The notes below the pieces were generated by a model, which saw nothing but the letters and a program-made list of their open reading frames with translations, had not been told where the DNA came from and did not search any database. 32,775 nt of DNA from Psammoneis japonica. Its lineage: Eukaryota. The stretch covers positions 62,001 through 94,775 of the forward strand of contig QPGO01000247.1 of the NCBI GenBank assembly GCA_008632985.1. The letters are read 5' to 3'. The number at the start of each line of letters is the position of its first letter. Position 1 is the first letter of the stretch. Positions 1 to 10,847 of the stretch are shown piece after piece. Position numbers and translations under genes: made by a program.

Positions 1-899
1 GGGATTCAGCAGCATTCTTTGGTGCACCTCTCGGTGCTCAGTGGCACTGTCGTGTCTCTTCCTTGGCGTTAATTGCCGGTGAGAATATTTCTATTTTTTG
101 CATTGATGTTTCCAATTTTGTTGCCTCTCTTGAATCCTGTGTCACGGATGTTCTCACTTCTTGCACCCTCCCTTCTCTTTTTGGCCTCCCATCATGCGGC
201 AACTGCTGGTGGACGACTGCCAGCTCAATGACCTGGCGTGATAGTTCATAGGTCGTGGTTCGATGTGTGGCTAGCGCGATCGAGCCGAGAGAAAAGGATC
301 GACACATCCGATTGTGAATGATGGAATGAGGAGCTGTGTGGCAGTTGCGCAACTACAGGGCTTTGTCATGGCAACTCGAAACATCCCAATGCCACAAAAG
401 ATTCATTCTACAGTGCTAGATAGCCTTGGGAGTCGTCGTTCATGCCGATAACAGCAATGAGACGATGCGCTTGCGGCATGTCCGGAAAAACGGCACCGTA
501 ACAAACGGCCTACATACGACCCTGGTACATCGTCCGTCTTACTTCCGCGAGAGTCTATGAGGAGACCTTCGGGTGCGTGCGAGCGCGCGCGCGAAGAACG
601 GTCGACGCATAGACTCACGATGGAGAGTGACTGTACTGTGTAGTCGTGTAAACAAACTTCCGGAAAAATTGAACTTTCGCTCACAGGTAACTGTACTGTA
701 CAGTACGCACATGTCACAAAGCCAACTGCCAACTGGCCATCATCTTTTCCACAACATGCTCATGGCGAACGAACGGCATACAGTACCACAGCGCAGCTAC
801 TCTCTACTCTAGTAGAGAGCGGCTACCGGTAGTTTTCGCATAAGTCACCTCACTTGGCAAATTGAAAAGTTTTTGGAAAGAGCGTCTCGTTTGGCTATC

Positions 900-1608
900 A
901 TGTCACTGTCACTGATGATTCCAAAGATCGTCGCTCATTCGGCTTGCGTCACCGCCTCGAGTAGCAACTTGGCAGCGCCCTTTGCCACGTCCATATTGGT
1001 ACTGCGCGGTGGAAACAGCAGACTGGGAACCTATAAAGACTTTGACTCCAGTGGTTTTGATTCCATCTATTCTGAGTTTCACAAATTGCCCGAACCCTTT
1101 CGCTACGTGGTGGCCGCGTTTATTGGCAGCGTTGCCTTTTTCTTGATTGATCGAAGCATGTATAAGTACTTGCAATCGAAGCAAGAGATTTTACCAGATC
1201 TTTTACAGAAACATCTTGCCAGTACAGCCTACACGATGTCTTACATGATTGAAATCATTCTTCAACATTGGCTGAATGCTTTTTGTTGGTCCGGTCTCGA
1301 GACAATCTCGACTCGGAAAAAGTATTTTACAACCTTGGCTGAAACATATTCGACGTGAGTACTCCATAAGAGTGAATTGTTATCCTTTATGACATGGCTT
1401 TGTTCTTCTCAAGATTCGTTCCGCCAACCTTTTTCTTTGTAACTTTTACAGATACTTTCTTTCAATCGTATTGTCGGTTGGTCTCAACATGGTCCTTATT
1501 CAGAGTGGCATTCACAAGGATGTCGCGTTTGTCTGTACGCTCGCTGGACTCTCAATTGTAAATTATGTTGTCCTCAAGTGGATACTGATCCCTGATAAAA
1601 CAAAGTAG
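900..1608 (+). CDS. GtrA-like small integral membrane protein, 2 exons (900-1354, 1452-1608)
   Basis: ORF from ATG 900; GTGAGT donor at 1355, TTTTACAG acceptor ending 1451; splicing restores frame (..ETYST-YFLSIVLSVGLNMVLIQSG..SIVNYVVLKW..TAG 1608). Four hydrophobic segments, start FRYVVAAFIGSVAFF and end VNYVVLKW resemble GtrA family. Confidence 0.65.
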
Positions 1609-1997
1609 CAAAGGAGAGTACTCCGTGGAGTTTTGTTGGAGATGAGCACGTCATTTTGATAAAGTAGGGACGAGATTACAAGAGGGCGCGGCCTTTTGCC
1701 CGGAGAAGTCAGCGATGCTTTCCATCTTCACAGTTTTTCAAGTGACAAGTGCAACGGGCAAGGTACAAGCGAAAAACTGCACGAACCAGATAGATCGTAA
1801 CGGAGAATCTTGCCCCCCCTCGCGCTTTTCTGAAATGCAATTGTAATGACTTTGTCGGTGACTGAAGAGACTGTACTTTCTAAAGACTCTGTCTCGTCAA
1901 AATAATGCTTAGGCGAGCACAAAGTGACTGCTTGTGTCTGTCAGCCTCGTCTATCCGTTCTGCCCAGAGCCAGTGGCAGATTCTGTTCATTTTTTTG
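1555..1997 (+). repeat. Direct repeat copy 1 (~450 bp; 3' end of the GtrA-like gene plus downstream DNA)
   Basis: Aligns by eye with 2912-3407, e.g. TATGTTGTCCTCAAGTGGATACTGATCCC, GCACGAACCAGATAGATCGTAACGGAGAATCTTGCCCCCC, CCAGTGRCAGATTCTG, with several indels. Confidence 0.9.
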
Positions 1998-2008
1998 GAC
2001 TGAAACGC

Positions 2009-2502
2009 ATGACTGGAGAATGGAGTGCCGCATTTGACACGCTGGTGGATGCCCAGTTGGATCATTGCCCGAGACGGTGTGGGCCTCCTTTTTGAGTCGG
2101 ACTCTACCACCCCAGCGACAAGACATTTTGAAGCACTATGCCCGAGCCCAAATGGTCACGTATGAGAATGCTACGGACGCTTGGTTCTATTGGACACTCA
2201 AGACTGAAGCCGGCGCATTTGCTAAATGCGACGTTTTGCGTGGACTCCACGATGCATGGATGACAGTTCCGACTTTTTCTGCACAACAAAAGTTTGGAAG
2301 TTATTACGAAATCATGCGTGATACCAAGGATGACTGTTCCATTTTACACGAGTGTCCCAATGCTTCCTCATTGGATCCCGACAATTGGAAAGGAGACGAT
2401 ATTGACGATGTCGTCACGACACTCGGAGAGTCCTTGTTGGAAAGAAAGTATACGAATTCCAGCTCCTCGAGACGTTCCATGGTGATTCAGATGCTGCTGT
2501 AG
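2009..2502 (+). pseudogene. 3' fragment of a glycoside hydrolase family 5 exo-1,3-beta-glucanase
   Basis: TGEWSAAFD (GH5 nucleophile motif) at 2012-2038, frameshift near 2065, then AQMVTYE..WFYWTLKTE..AFAKCDVLRG (family-like WFYWT.K.E..EWDF, here degenerate). No N-terminal half (acid/base NEP) upstream. Confidence 0.75.
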
Positions 2503-2911
2503 CTCCTCCTTTCGACAACAACAACAACACCGATGCCATACAACGAACCAAACGCCCACACATCATCGCAATTGGTCGTTTACTTCCGTCCCTTTGATTG
2601 CCTTAACGAGTTGAGGAGTTCGAATCACGATTACCATTTCCTTGTCGTTCAAATGTGTACGTGGAGTGTACGACTAGAACCTTTTTTTTGCTAGCGGGAC
2701 ATGTGCAACGGTTGTCGGCAACATTGAACTACAAAAGAGATTGGGTCTACACATGCAAAAACTACCTGATCTTAATCTACTACTGTAGAAGAAGGCTTCT
2801 TGTTTCTCGTCCACCACACTGCTTCGCTTTTTGTTCATTCGCCAAAGTACTCCTCGGTAAGATCGACTTTCAAGGCACAATTCTCCGGGGAAGTTTTCTG
2901 CAAGTCGTTCT

Positions 2912-3407
2912 ATTGTAAACTATGTTGTCCTCAAGTGGATACTGATCCCAGATAAAACAAAGTAGCAAAGGATAGTACTGTCCTGCGTGGAGTTTTGTTG
3001 AAGATGAGTATTATGGTAATATTATAGGGACGCGATTACAAGAGGGCGCGGCTTTTTGACCGGAGAAGTCAGCAGAGGAATGTGACAATAGTAGGCATTA
3101 GGCATCCACCGTCAAGTTTTTTCAAGCAACAGATGCAACGGGCAAGATAGGGCTACAAACGAACAACGGCACGAACCAGATAGATCGTAACGGAGAATCT
3201 TGCCCCCCTCCCTTTGCGCTTTTCTGAAATGCAATTGTATGACGGTGCTGGTGAAATACTGTATAAGACTGAAGTGTCTAAAGACTTAGTCTCGTCATTT
3301 AATGCGTATGCTGGACTTGCCGGTAACGCCATGTGACTACTCGTGTCTGTGAGCCTCGTCAATCCGTTCTGCCCCCACCCAGTGACAGATTCTGATCATT
3401 TTCTTTG
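2912..3407 (+). repeat. Direct repeat copy 2, abutting the 3' end of the Alba gene
   Basis: Diverged copy of 1555-1997, including the last ~17 codons and stop of the GtrA-like gene. Confidence 0.9.
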
Positions 3408-3437
3408 CCGAATGCTGGGAGCCCATAACACCGGCCT

Positions 3438-3945
3438 CTAGGTCTCTTCACGAATTTCTTCACTAGAAAGAGGCGGCTGGTATCCCTTGTCTTCCTTATC
3501 CATTCCTACTCCATTTCTCGACAAAGTAATGGTCATACACGACACATGCCGTGTGCTCGTTACGGTGTCGAGACCCTCTTCAATCGGTTCAAACACATCA
3601 ATCATTTCACAGGTACCAAGAGTCGTTATTTGATGAAGAGGCATTTTACGCTTCAAAATTTCAGCAATGGTGACTGCCTTGCTGATGCCACGACCCATTG
3701 CCTTGAGCACTACTTCATTGCAACCCTCTGCCTGTTGTGTTGTAAAGAAAAGCACGGAATTGTGAGGAGTCGATTCACACATGACCAAAGAATAAGAAAA
3801 TCAAACTCACATAGAGACGAATGGCATAGGAGATATATCTCTTTGGTTTCCCCTGCTGTGTGATTCTGATTTCGTTGTGCGATTTCGTTTTGAGAAACGC
3901 TTCTCCGCTTTCTTTGTTTTCTTGGACCAGGCGATACTTTTCCAT
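3438..3945 (-). CDS. Alba / Rpp25-like nucleic-acid-binding protein, 2 exons (3945-3811, 3731-3438)
   Basis: Spliced product MEKYRLV..NEIRITQQGKPKRYISYAIRLY/AEGCNEVVLKAMGRGISKAVTIAEILKRK..DVFEPIEEGLD..GYQPP carries the eukaryotic Alba motifs; GTGAGT donor at 3810, CAG acceptor at 3732, phase 0. Confidence 0.92.
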
Positions 3946-4440
3946 TTCGATGACTTTTCCCTAGGCCTATGATAACATACACGAGATGATTCGCAATACT
4001 AGGCTGCTCTCTACTCTACTGCTCTGAGAGAGACTTGCGGCTTGCGTTTTCGTTTGTCTTCGAACTTTCTCGGTTCCTTTTGGCTGTTCTGCTTTCGCGA
4101 GAAAGCGCGGGAAAAAGTGAAAAGTGACACGCTGTGGCTTGCCACCGTGTCCTGTGCGTTATTTTTAAACATTCGGTTCCATGTATCTACAAAAACTGTC
4201 TTTTCCACGCAACCCTGCGTAAGATTCGAAGGTTGATTCGAAACATTGAGATTCCTGATTCCTATCATATATTCATGAGCTCATGACTCCTTTCACTCAC
4301 GACTGAAACCGGGACTGAGATGGAATTCCGCCAATTGCGAGAAGAAAAAGATACGGGAGGAAATTCTGACGACACTTCTTCAACGACAAAAGCGGTCGCT
4401 CCTTGGTCTCGTTGCTGCTGCTATCAAACCCACCAGCACA

Positions 4441-4968
4441 ATGGATGAACTCATTATAAAAGTGACTGACTCTCTTGGTCTAGATGAGGCAGTTGTACGC
4501 AAAGCGATTGGCGTTGTACTCACTTTTTTCAAGGAGCACGTTGGCGAGGACTTTGACTTTTCGTCCATTCTAGATAAACTCAACGGAGCCGACAAGCTAA
4601 TCAAGGACGCCGATAAGCCTCTACCTCCAGAAAGCCAGCCACGTGAAGAAGGATCCAAGGCTGCTGGAGGTATCATTGCTCTCATCAAGTATGTCTTGAG
4701 TTTAGGGCCCGTTATGGAGATCCTTCAAAAGGTTCTGTCGCTGTTTTTCGGCGAGAACGCATCCAAAATGATCAAGTCTGCCGGAGAAGGAGCAGAGCTT
4801 GCCGATGTTCTAAACAAGCTCGGAATCTCCACCGAGCAGGGTACTCAGATGATGTCCATGCTTATGGGATTCTTGAAGGAAAAGGTTGATCCCGAAACGA
4901 TCGATAAGTTGACCGAGCAGGTTCCTGCCGTGAAGGCCTTCTTAGGAGACGCAAAAAAGGACGAGTAA
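4441..4968 (+). CDS. Uncharacterised helical protein resembling bacterial DUF2267/DUF2780-type proteins
   Basis: Intronless 175-aa ORF; MDELI..LGLDEAVVRKAIGVVLTFFKE..LDKLNGADKLI and C-terminal LGIS..FLKEKVDPETIDKL..VPAV..FL match the pattern of small proteobacterial proteins (recognised from memory). Confidence 0.7.
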   Translation: MDELIIKVTDSLGLDEAVVRKAIGVVLTFFKEHVGEDFDFSSILDKLNGADKLIKDADKPLPPESQPREEGSKAAGGIIALIKYVLSLGPVMEILQKVLSLFFGENASKMIKSAGEGAELADVLNKLGISTEQGTQMMSMLMGFLKEKVDPETIDKLTEQVPAVKAFLGDAKKDE

Positions 4969-5904
4969 ACGTCTCGACAAGACTACTGGAAGTGCTCCAT
5001 GACAGCACTACTCCCGCGTGAGAAACAAATATCATGAATTAGTTTATCATTCCATATCTTTTTTTAATATTTCTCATCTCGCTCTTTCTCAGACACCAAC
5101 TCTAAGACAAAGATGAACATCTAATAGGGTTTTCTTACGAAGACACGTAGCGTTCCGAACTTTGCGGGTTACGTTTTGCCATCTCTAGATTATGGCTTTC
5201 CGCTCAATCATCACCGTCTCGAAAAGGGCCATACACTTCATCAAACTTTTCTTCATGCAATCAAAAGAACAAGTATGACTCTTGCATCCACACCGTGGTA
5301 TTGCGCTCCTCACCCTTTGCTTTGCCTACATGCGGTACTGTAGCTGCATTTTCCATTCACAAGACTAGCTCCATCATCAGCCCTGTGAAGCTTGGTACCT
5401 TCCTGATCCCCGCATGCAGACCCGTCTTCAACCGTGTAAGAAGCTTCTTCTTCTGTACAAGAGTACATTTTTGTGCGACTGGCATCACCGATCGTGGTAT
5501 CCGCAAGGTAAGAACAGGCATCCGTTACATAGCAGCTTTTCTCCCATTGTTACTATTCCAGAGGGCGCGGTAATAAGTCACCCGAGCCACACAACGTTAC
5601 TCACTACTTCAACCCAAGAGAACTTTTTTAAGGATGGAAAGCTGCATGGCTTATCAATGTTTGGTTCTGTAGCTGTGAACCATTCCTCAATACGTCTTGT
5701 AATGAATTGGGTAGATCCGAGCGATGAACCAGCGTTAAAAGATGAAGTCGCCTTCACGTCAGTTTGCCTTGAATTGTTGCTTATGAACGAATACGGTACT
5801 CAACAATGATTTCGGATGCAGAAAACATCATAGAAATTAGAATTAATCCAATGCATTTTAGAACTGTTACCATTTGTAGAAACATAAATGGGTCGTTTCG
5901 CGCT

Positions 5905-6579
5905 TTACTTCTTGGATGCAATGTTCACGGCCTTGCCACCAAAGCTGGGGCCATACATGTCTTCAACGATCCACATGGCAACATCCTTTCGATCGCATTC
6001 GAGATTAGGACACTTTTCCAGATTGCCGAACTCTTGAACTTTACCAGTGGCTTTATTATTCTGCAATGCTGTAGGCCTCACAATATCGGTTCTATCTTTG
6101 ACCTCCGTGAAGGCTTCTTCTTGATTGTCGTGATCTCTCAGAATGTGTCGAAGGTAAAATTCAACCATAGTTCCCATGCCCATGCCAACCTTGATGCGAG
6201 ATCCTCCAGCTCCATTGCTTGACACCACGACGGCTCGAACGTGACTGTACTCTGGATTAGCCATGGCCCCTGCAAGAGCTTTTGCAGAAACGGCACGGAT
6301 ATCCGTCTTTTTTACATTGTCGCCATTGCCAACACTAATGATGCAGAAATCAGCATTGCTGGAATCAATTGCCTTTTCGATGTCAGCTTGTTTGCGAGCA
6401 TTGCCTTGAATAACCGAGGTGCACAAGGACTGATCTTTGCTTGACAGTTTCGATGGATCGCGGCAGAATGCATGGATGGCAGGCGGGTCCTTTCGGTCAG
6501 CAAGAGCATGAAGAATGTCAAGCCCGAGACGACCAGATGCGCCGATGATAAGAACAGATTTAGCAGCAGGAGCAGTCAT
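5905..6579 (-). CDS. NAD(P)H-binding atypical SDR (flavin reductase/BLVRB-like, NAD_binding_10)
   Basis: VLIIGASGRLG Rossmann motif, AFCRDPSKL, IQGNA, VVVSSNG, DHDNQE, IVRPTAL, DRKDVAMWI; intronless 224 aa. Confidence 0.9.
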   Translation of the reverse strand: MTAPAAKSVLIIGASGRLGLDILHALADRKDPPAIHAFCRDPSKLSSKDQSLCTSVIQGNARKQADIEKAIDSSNADFCIISVGNGDNVKKTDIRAVSAKALAGAMANPEYSHVRAVVVSSNGAGGSRIKVGMGMGTMVEFYLRHILRDHDNQEEAFTEVKDRTDIVRPTALQNNKATGKVQEFGNLEKCPNLECDRKDVAMWIVEDMYGPSFGGKAVNIASKK

Positions 6580-6955
6580 TTTGTGTTTTGTTTGTTGTAG
6601 TTGAGATGGATTTGTTCAATTTGTGAGGAGAAAGATCATTTCGTTTTGTCCCTCGGTCTTGCGTTCTTGGCGCGTTGATCATCGTTGTTCTTGCTTCGCG
6701 AACAACGAAGAAGGTGCGATTTGAGTCTTGTGCATGATTTTGGTGGCGGAACGTTCTTGAGTCCATCGGAATCAGGAATCTCAAAAAAGACGCGCATTGC
6801 ACCACACGACACCACGGACACACACCGCACCACAACAACACAAACAGCAAAGGCATTGGGCGTCGGCTCCTCTCATTGGAAACAAACTTGCATTAGACTC
6901 AGTCAAACACTGTCGTGTGGAGCTCTTTAGGTGATACGCACGTCTCGTCAGAAGA

Positions 6956-8398
6956 ATGTCGGGAGAAACGTCGTCATCCGAACATAGGACACTGACAGAT
7001 GACGAAACTTCAACGCTGCGCGAATTGCTGAAAAAGGAGTTCTCCAGCGATCCTCAAGATGACGAGATGTTGCTGACTTGCTGGATTATACTTTTGCCAT
7101 GATTGGCAACAACAAGTCTGTTTCGTACATTGTGGATGAGTTGAAGAGTATGGAAATGTCTGTCTGTGATGAAGCGGCGTCGCAACGAGTAGGAAAAGCG
7201 CTGGAGGAGTTTCTGAAGAAAAAGGAAGTTCACAACAAGAGAGGAGGAATCGTTGTCCACGCCACGAGTCAAGTCACTCAAGTCTTCTGGAGGCAATGCT
7301 TTGACCATGTCGGGTGCTCTGGGAGCGTCACGCGAACGAGGAGGAGGAGCAAACAAGGACGAACGAAAGAAACAAAACAGGGAGCTGCATCTGCAGACAG
7401 GTCGTGAATCTGATAACAACCGTCAGAGAGGAGGCAATTATAATAATCAAGACCGAAGAGGAGGCCGAGGCGGAAGAGACAATCGCAATACACCTCAGTC
7501 TGCAGCGTTTGATCGCTTATCGAAAAATCGTCGACAGGGAAATAATAGTGATCGACGGGACGATCGACGTGGGAACGAGAGACGCGGCGGACGAGGAGAC
7601 GATCGTCGCGGTGGAGGCCGCGGGGATGACCGACGTGGAGGAGGAGGAGGCCGCGGTGGTGGCCGAGATAGCCGACGAGGTGGTGGTGGTGGACGTGGTA
7701 GTAGTGATCGGGGTGGACGTGGCGATCGTGGCGACAGAGGACAGCAGTTCTCAGGAAACCGGCGTGGCCGTGATAGTCAGGAAGAAGAGGATTTTATTCC
7801 TGCCGGCCGTGGCAGAGGTGGGCGATATGGAGATCGTCAAGGACGTGGCGATAATCGTGGTCGAGGTCGTGGAGGCCGCTTTGATAATGAGGATGGTGGT
7901 CCACCAAAGCGCCAGCGTGTTGATGATGGTAACTGGCAGCAGGAGGAATCACAAGACCAGGGCTACAACAACGAGGGATACGGTGGTTACGATGATGGAT
8001 CCGATTACTACAACTACCAGGGTTGGCGTGGAGGCAGAGGAGGAGGACGCGGTGGTCGCTTTGGCCGCGGACGAGGCGGCCGTGGACGTGGTCGTGGGCG
8101 AGGATGGGGTGGAGAAGAAGGAGAAGGCGATGAAGCTGGAACTCCCACTGAAAATGGTGGAGAAGACAGCACGAGTGATGCCGCTGCTGTGCATCCGTCT
8201 CCGATTGTTGCTGCTTCCTTTGGAGGCCGGGGAGGTCGGGGTCGTGGTCGCGGTCGAGGCAGAGGACGTGGCTTTTACCGTGCGCAAGTTGCAAGCATGA
8301 TTGCTTCAAAGACGTGGGTCCGCAAGAAGGACAACGACGAGGGTGGCGATGGAAACGGCTCGGCGGCACCTGCACCCGCCCCGGCTGCCGAGAGCTGA
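6956..8398 (+). CDS. RNA-binding protein: Nab2/ZC3H14-type PWI-like N-domain plus long RGG/RG region (frameshifted in this assembly)
   Basis: ATG 6956; after restoring single bases near 7066, 7222 and 7240 it reads DDEDVADLLDYTFAMIGNNKSVSYIVDELKSM (cf. ZC3H14 DEELPDYIMVMVANKKSQDQMTEDL), then RGG/RG repeats and C-terminal SKTWVRKK. Confidence 0.75.
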
Positions 8399-8534
8399 GA
8401 AAGCACCAAAATAATTGCTTCCGTATGACAGGGAGAATACTTCGGATTGGTGAGTCTCCATTCGACCACTATCCCGTGGTTAAAAGTGGGAGAAGGAAAC
8501 GATTGGATTTACAGTGACCATACGTGGGATGCGT

Positions 8535-8680
8535 TGAAAAGAAAAAAGAGTTCATCAAGAAAAAAGAAAAGAATAAAAAAAGAAACGAAAAGAAAATAAA
8601 AAAAGAAAAGTTGATGAACAAAAAAAGAAATGTGTCAATGCAAACATTCGAAGAAAAAGAAAAGAACGAAAACGAAACCG
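8535..8680. repeat. A-rich low-complexity tract
   Basis: About 145 nt of A runs interrupted by G/T/C just downstream of the RGG gene. Confidence 0.7.
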
Positions 8681-9213
8681 GTTGCTCAGGCTGGAGAACC
8701 GAGTGGTGCTGGTGGATGCATTCTTTGGGGATACTCGTCTTTCTTGTACATTATTTTTAGGTTGACAGCAGCTGTATGGGTCTGAAGGTCAGCGGATCAG
8801 TCTGGTGGACCTGACGAAGACGCTTCCATTCTTCTCGAGAGAGCAAGGTAGCACGATGAGCCTGTCTCAATCTCCACTGCCGCCAAATTCGTTTGGTCCC
8901 ACCGTTTCTCGGCTGCACGTCATGTAGCCATTAGATTGCAACGTTCTCGATTCCTAGCCTAGACTAGATTCCGCGGTATGTCTCCGTACACCTCGCCGCT
9001 CCTGCACAGAGTTGTCCCATCATCGACTACCGCGCTCTCAACTCCGAAGTACAGTAGGGACAGTAGACTCCTTCGTGCGGCAGACAGCGTCACGATACCA
9101 TACTTTCTACAGAAGTCGCATCTGAACAAGAGCGACATAAATCCTATGTAGCAACAATTCCGAAAAAATGAAAATGAATTCACTCTACTATATCGTATCA
9201 ACTCTTGCATCTC

Positions 9214-10402
9214 CTACTTGTGTTGTAAATCCTTAATCGCATGCAGAGCAAGCGGCAACAAAATTGGAATGACTTCACCGACACCCTTTGGGTTTCCCGG
9301 CAAGTTGCAAATCATTGTCGAATCCTTGATTCCAACAACGCCGCGTGACAGTGATGCCAGTGGCTGTTGCTTGAGGGAACATTCCGTCAAGACGTACGCC
9401 ATGAGACCGGGACAAGAACACGTCAAGACTTGCTCTGTGGCCTCGGGTGTAATGTCCCGCGCACTAAAACCAGTCCCACCCGTGGTGAGAATCAAATCGA
9501 TACCACGCTACTCCAATCTTGCAATGCCTTTTGAATATCCGCCTTGACATCCGGAACAACTGCAGTCTCGGCAATCTTGTATGAAACACGTGACGAACTG
9601 CTCCTTTGATTGATACGCTTGCAAGTTTGCTCCAGAGCCTCCTGTACGGCTGGTCCAGATAAGTCTCCAGTTTCATATTCCTTGTTGGCTGCACGATCGC
9701 TCACCGTCAAGATTCCTACTGTAAAGTCTATTCCGCCAGTCGGTGGATCGGGAGATTGAATCGAAGTGACGGACCTCGACGTTGATTCCTTCGCCAATGC
9801 TGTTTTTCCACTGCTTCCCTCATCTACAGCTTGACAACAAACGTTGGAGAGTAACGATGATGGATCCGTTTGGCGTGGTTTCAACAGATCTTTGTCATGC
9901 GTGGCCCACAGTGGCTTGCTATCATTAAAACGTTGCATTTGTTCGTCGGTTGCCTTGGTCTGGTGACGCTTCTTCCACTCCTTGTACTCGCATCCATAGA
10001 CATATCCCGCCGCCTCGTCATACCCCATGGCATCCAGCGCCCTTTGAATCGTTTCATCATCCACTCCCTCGAGCTTGCGAGCTTCTACTACCAACCACTG
10101 CGAGTTATCAAAACACAAAAAAACATGAAAATCAGAGAAGGAAGTTTTTTCAAGTAGTATGCAAGTCGGGCTTAAAATCATCATCACTCCATCCTCCTAT
10201 AGAGCCAAATATCACTACTTGCCTTTGCTAAGCAATTTCGACAAAATCCGGAAACAGTCATGAGTTCCATGTTGGCAACTTGATCGCTGCGCTCCCGCAA
10301 ATGTGTACAGAGACTGCGAAAGGCTCCGGCCTCGAGTTTTTCAACGATAGCCGGAGGCAATTTCTCCTTGACATAATTGGCAGTTGCATCGTCGCTACTC
10401 AT
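9214..10402 (-). CDS. DUF1244 domain fused to MogA/Cnx1G/gephyrin-G molybdopterin adenylyltransferase domain; 2 exons (10402-10223, 10097-9214), one frameshift near 9505
   Basis: N-part LEAGAFRSLCTHLRERSDQVANMELMTVSGFCRNCLAK/W..YVYGCEYKEWKKRHQTKATDEQMQRF is DUF1244-like; C-part GILTVSDRA..DLSGPAV..VVPD..IDLILTTGGTGFSARDITPEAT..ASLSRGVVG..ICNLPGNPKGV is the MoCF_biosynth G domain. Confidence 0.9.
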
Positions 10403-10847
10403 AGTGATAAAGTAGCTGATGAATTGTAATGTAAGGGCTGGTAAGGCAACACAGCGCTTGGGTAAACAGAAACCAACCCGTCGTCGCTCATCATTGTGAC
10501 GCGAAAGATCGAAGATCGCGAAACACGCTCTCTAGGTTTTCGCACAGTCGGAGCTCGTAAGTTGGTGGCATTTTTTTCGCAAGACTAATGTACCCGTTGT
10601 CGTAGAAATAGGTATTTAAAACTGTCTTTTCTACACGAGCACGACCAAAACATGCCGTTTGTTCAATACTGTAAGTCGCGTCAGCGCAAGTCGCGAACGA
10701 ACAAAAGCAATGCACAACGGCATTGTTGTTGCTGCTTTCCTCCTTGTACTTTTCTTGTTCAATACGCCGGCTTCAGCGTTGCACACCGACACAGCCCAAG
10801 CTATAGTTGCATTCATAACTGAGCAGCAGAAAACATAATTTTCAAGA

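Noticed and set aside
1..400. Edge of a second CpG/TpA-depleted element
   Set aside because: Only mild depletion over a short stretch; cannot be judged without upstream sequence.
3380..3440. RG-containing extension past the Alba stop codon
   Set aside because: Needs an assumed indel and gives only a short, non-repetitive tail; the protein already ends after the conserved GYQPP.
5220..5810. ORFs 5295-5573 and 5414-5809
   Set aside because: No recognisable motif or splice structure; cannot support a gene call.
7314..8375. Long alternative-frame and antisense ORFs over the RGG gene
   Set aside because: Shadows of the repetitive GGN/CGN codon usage.
8524..8760. Lys/Glu-rich 78-aa ORF
   Set aside because: Translation of an A-rich low-complexity tract, GTG start.
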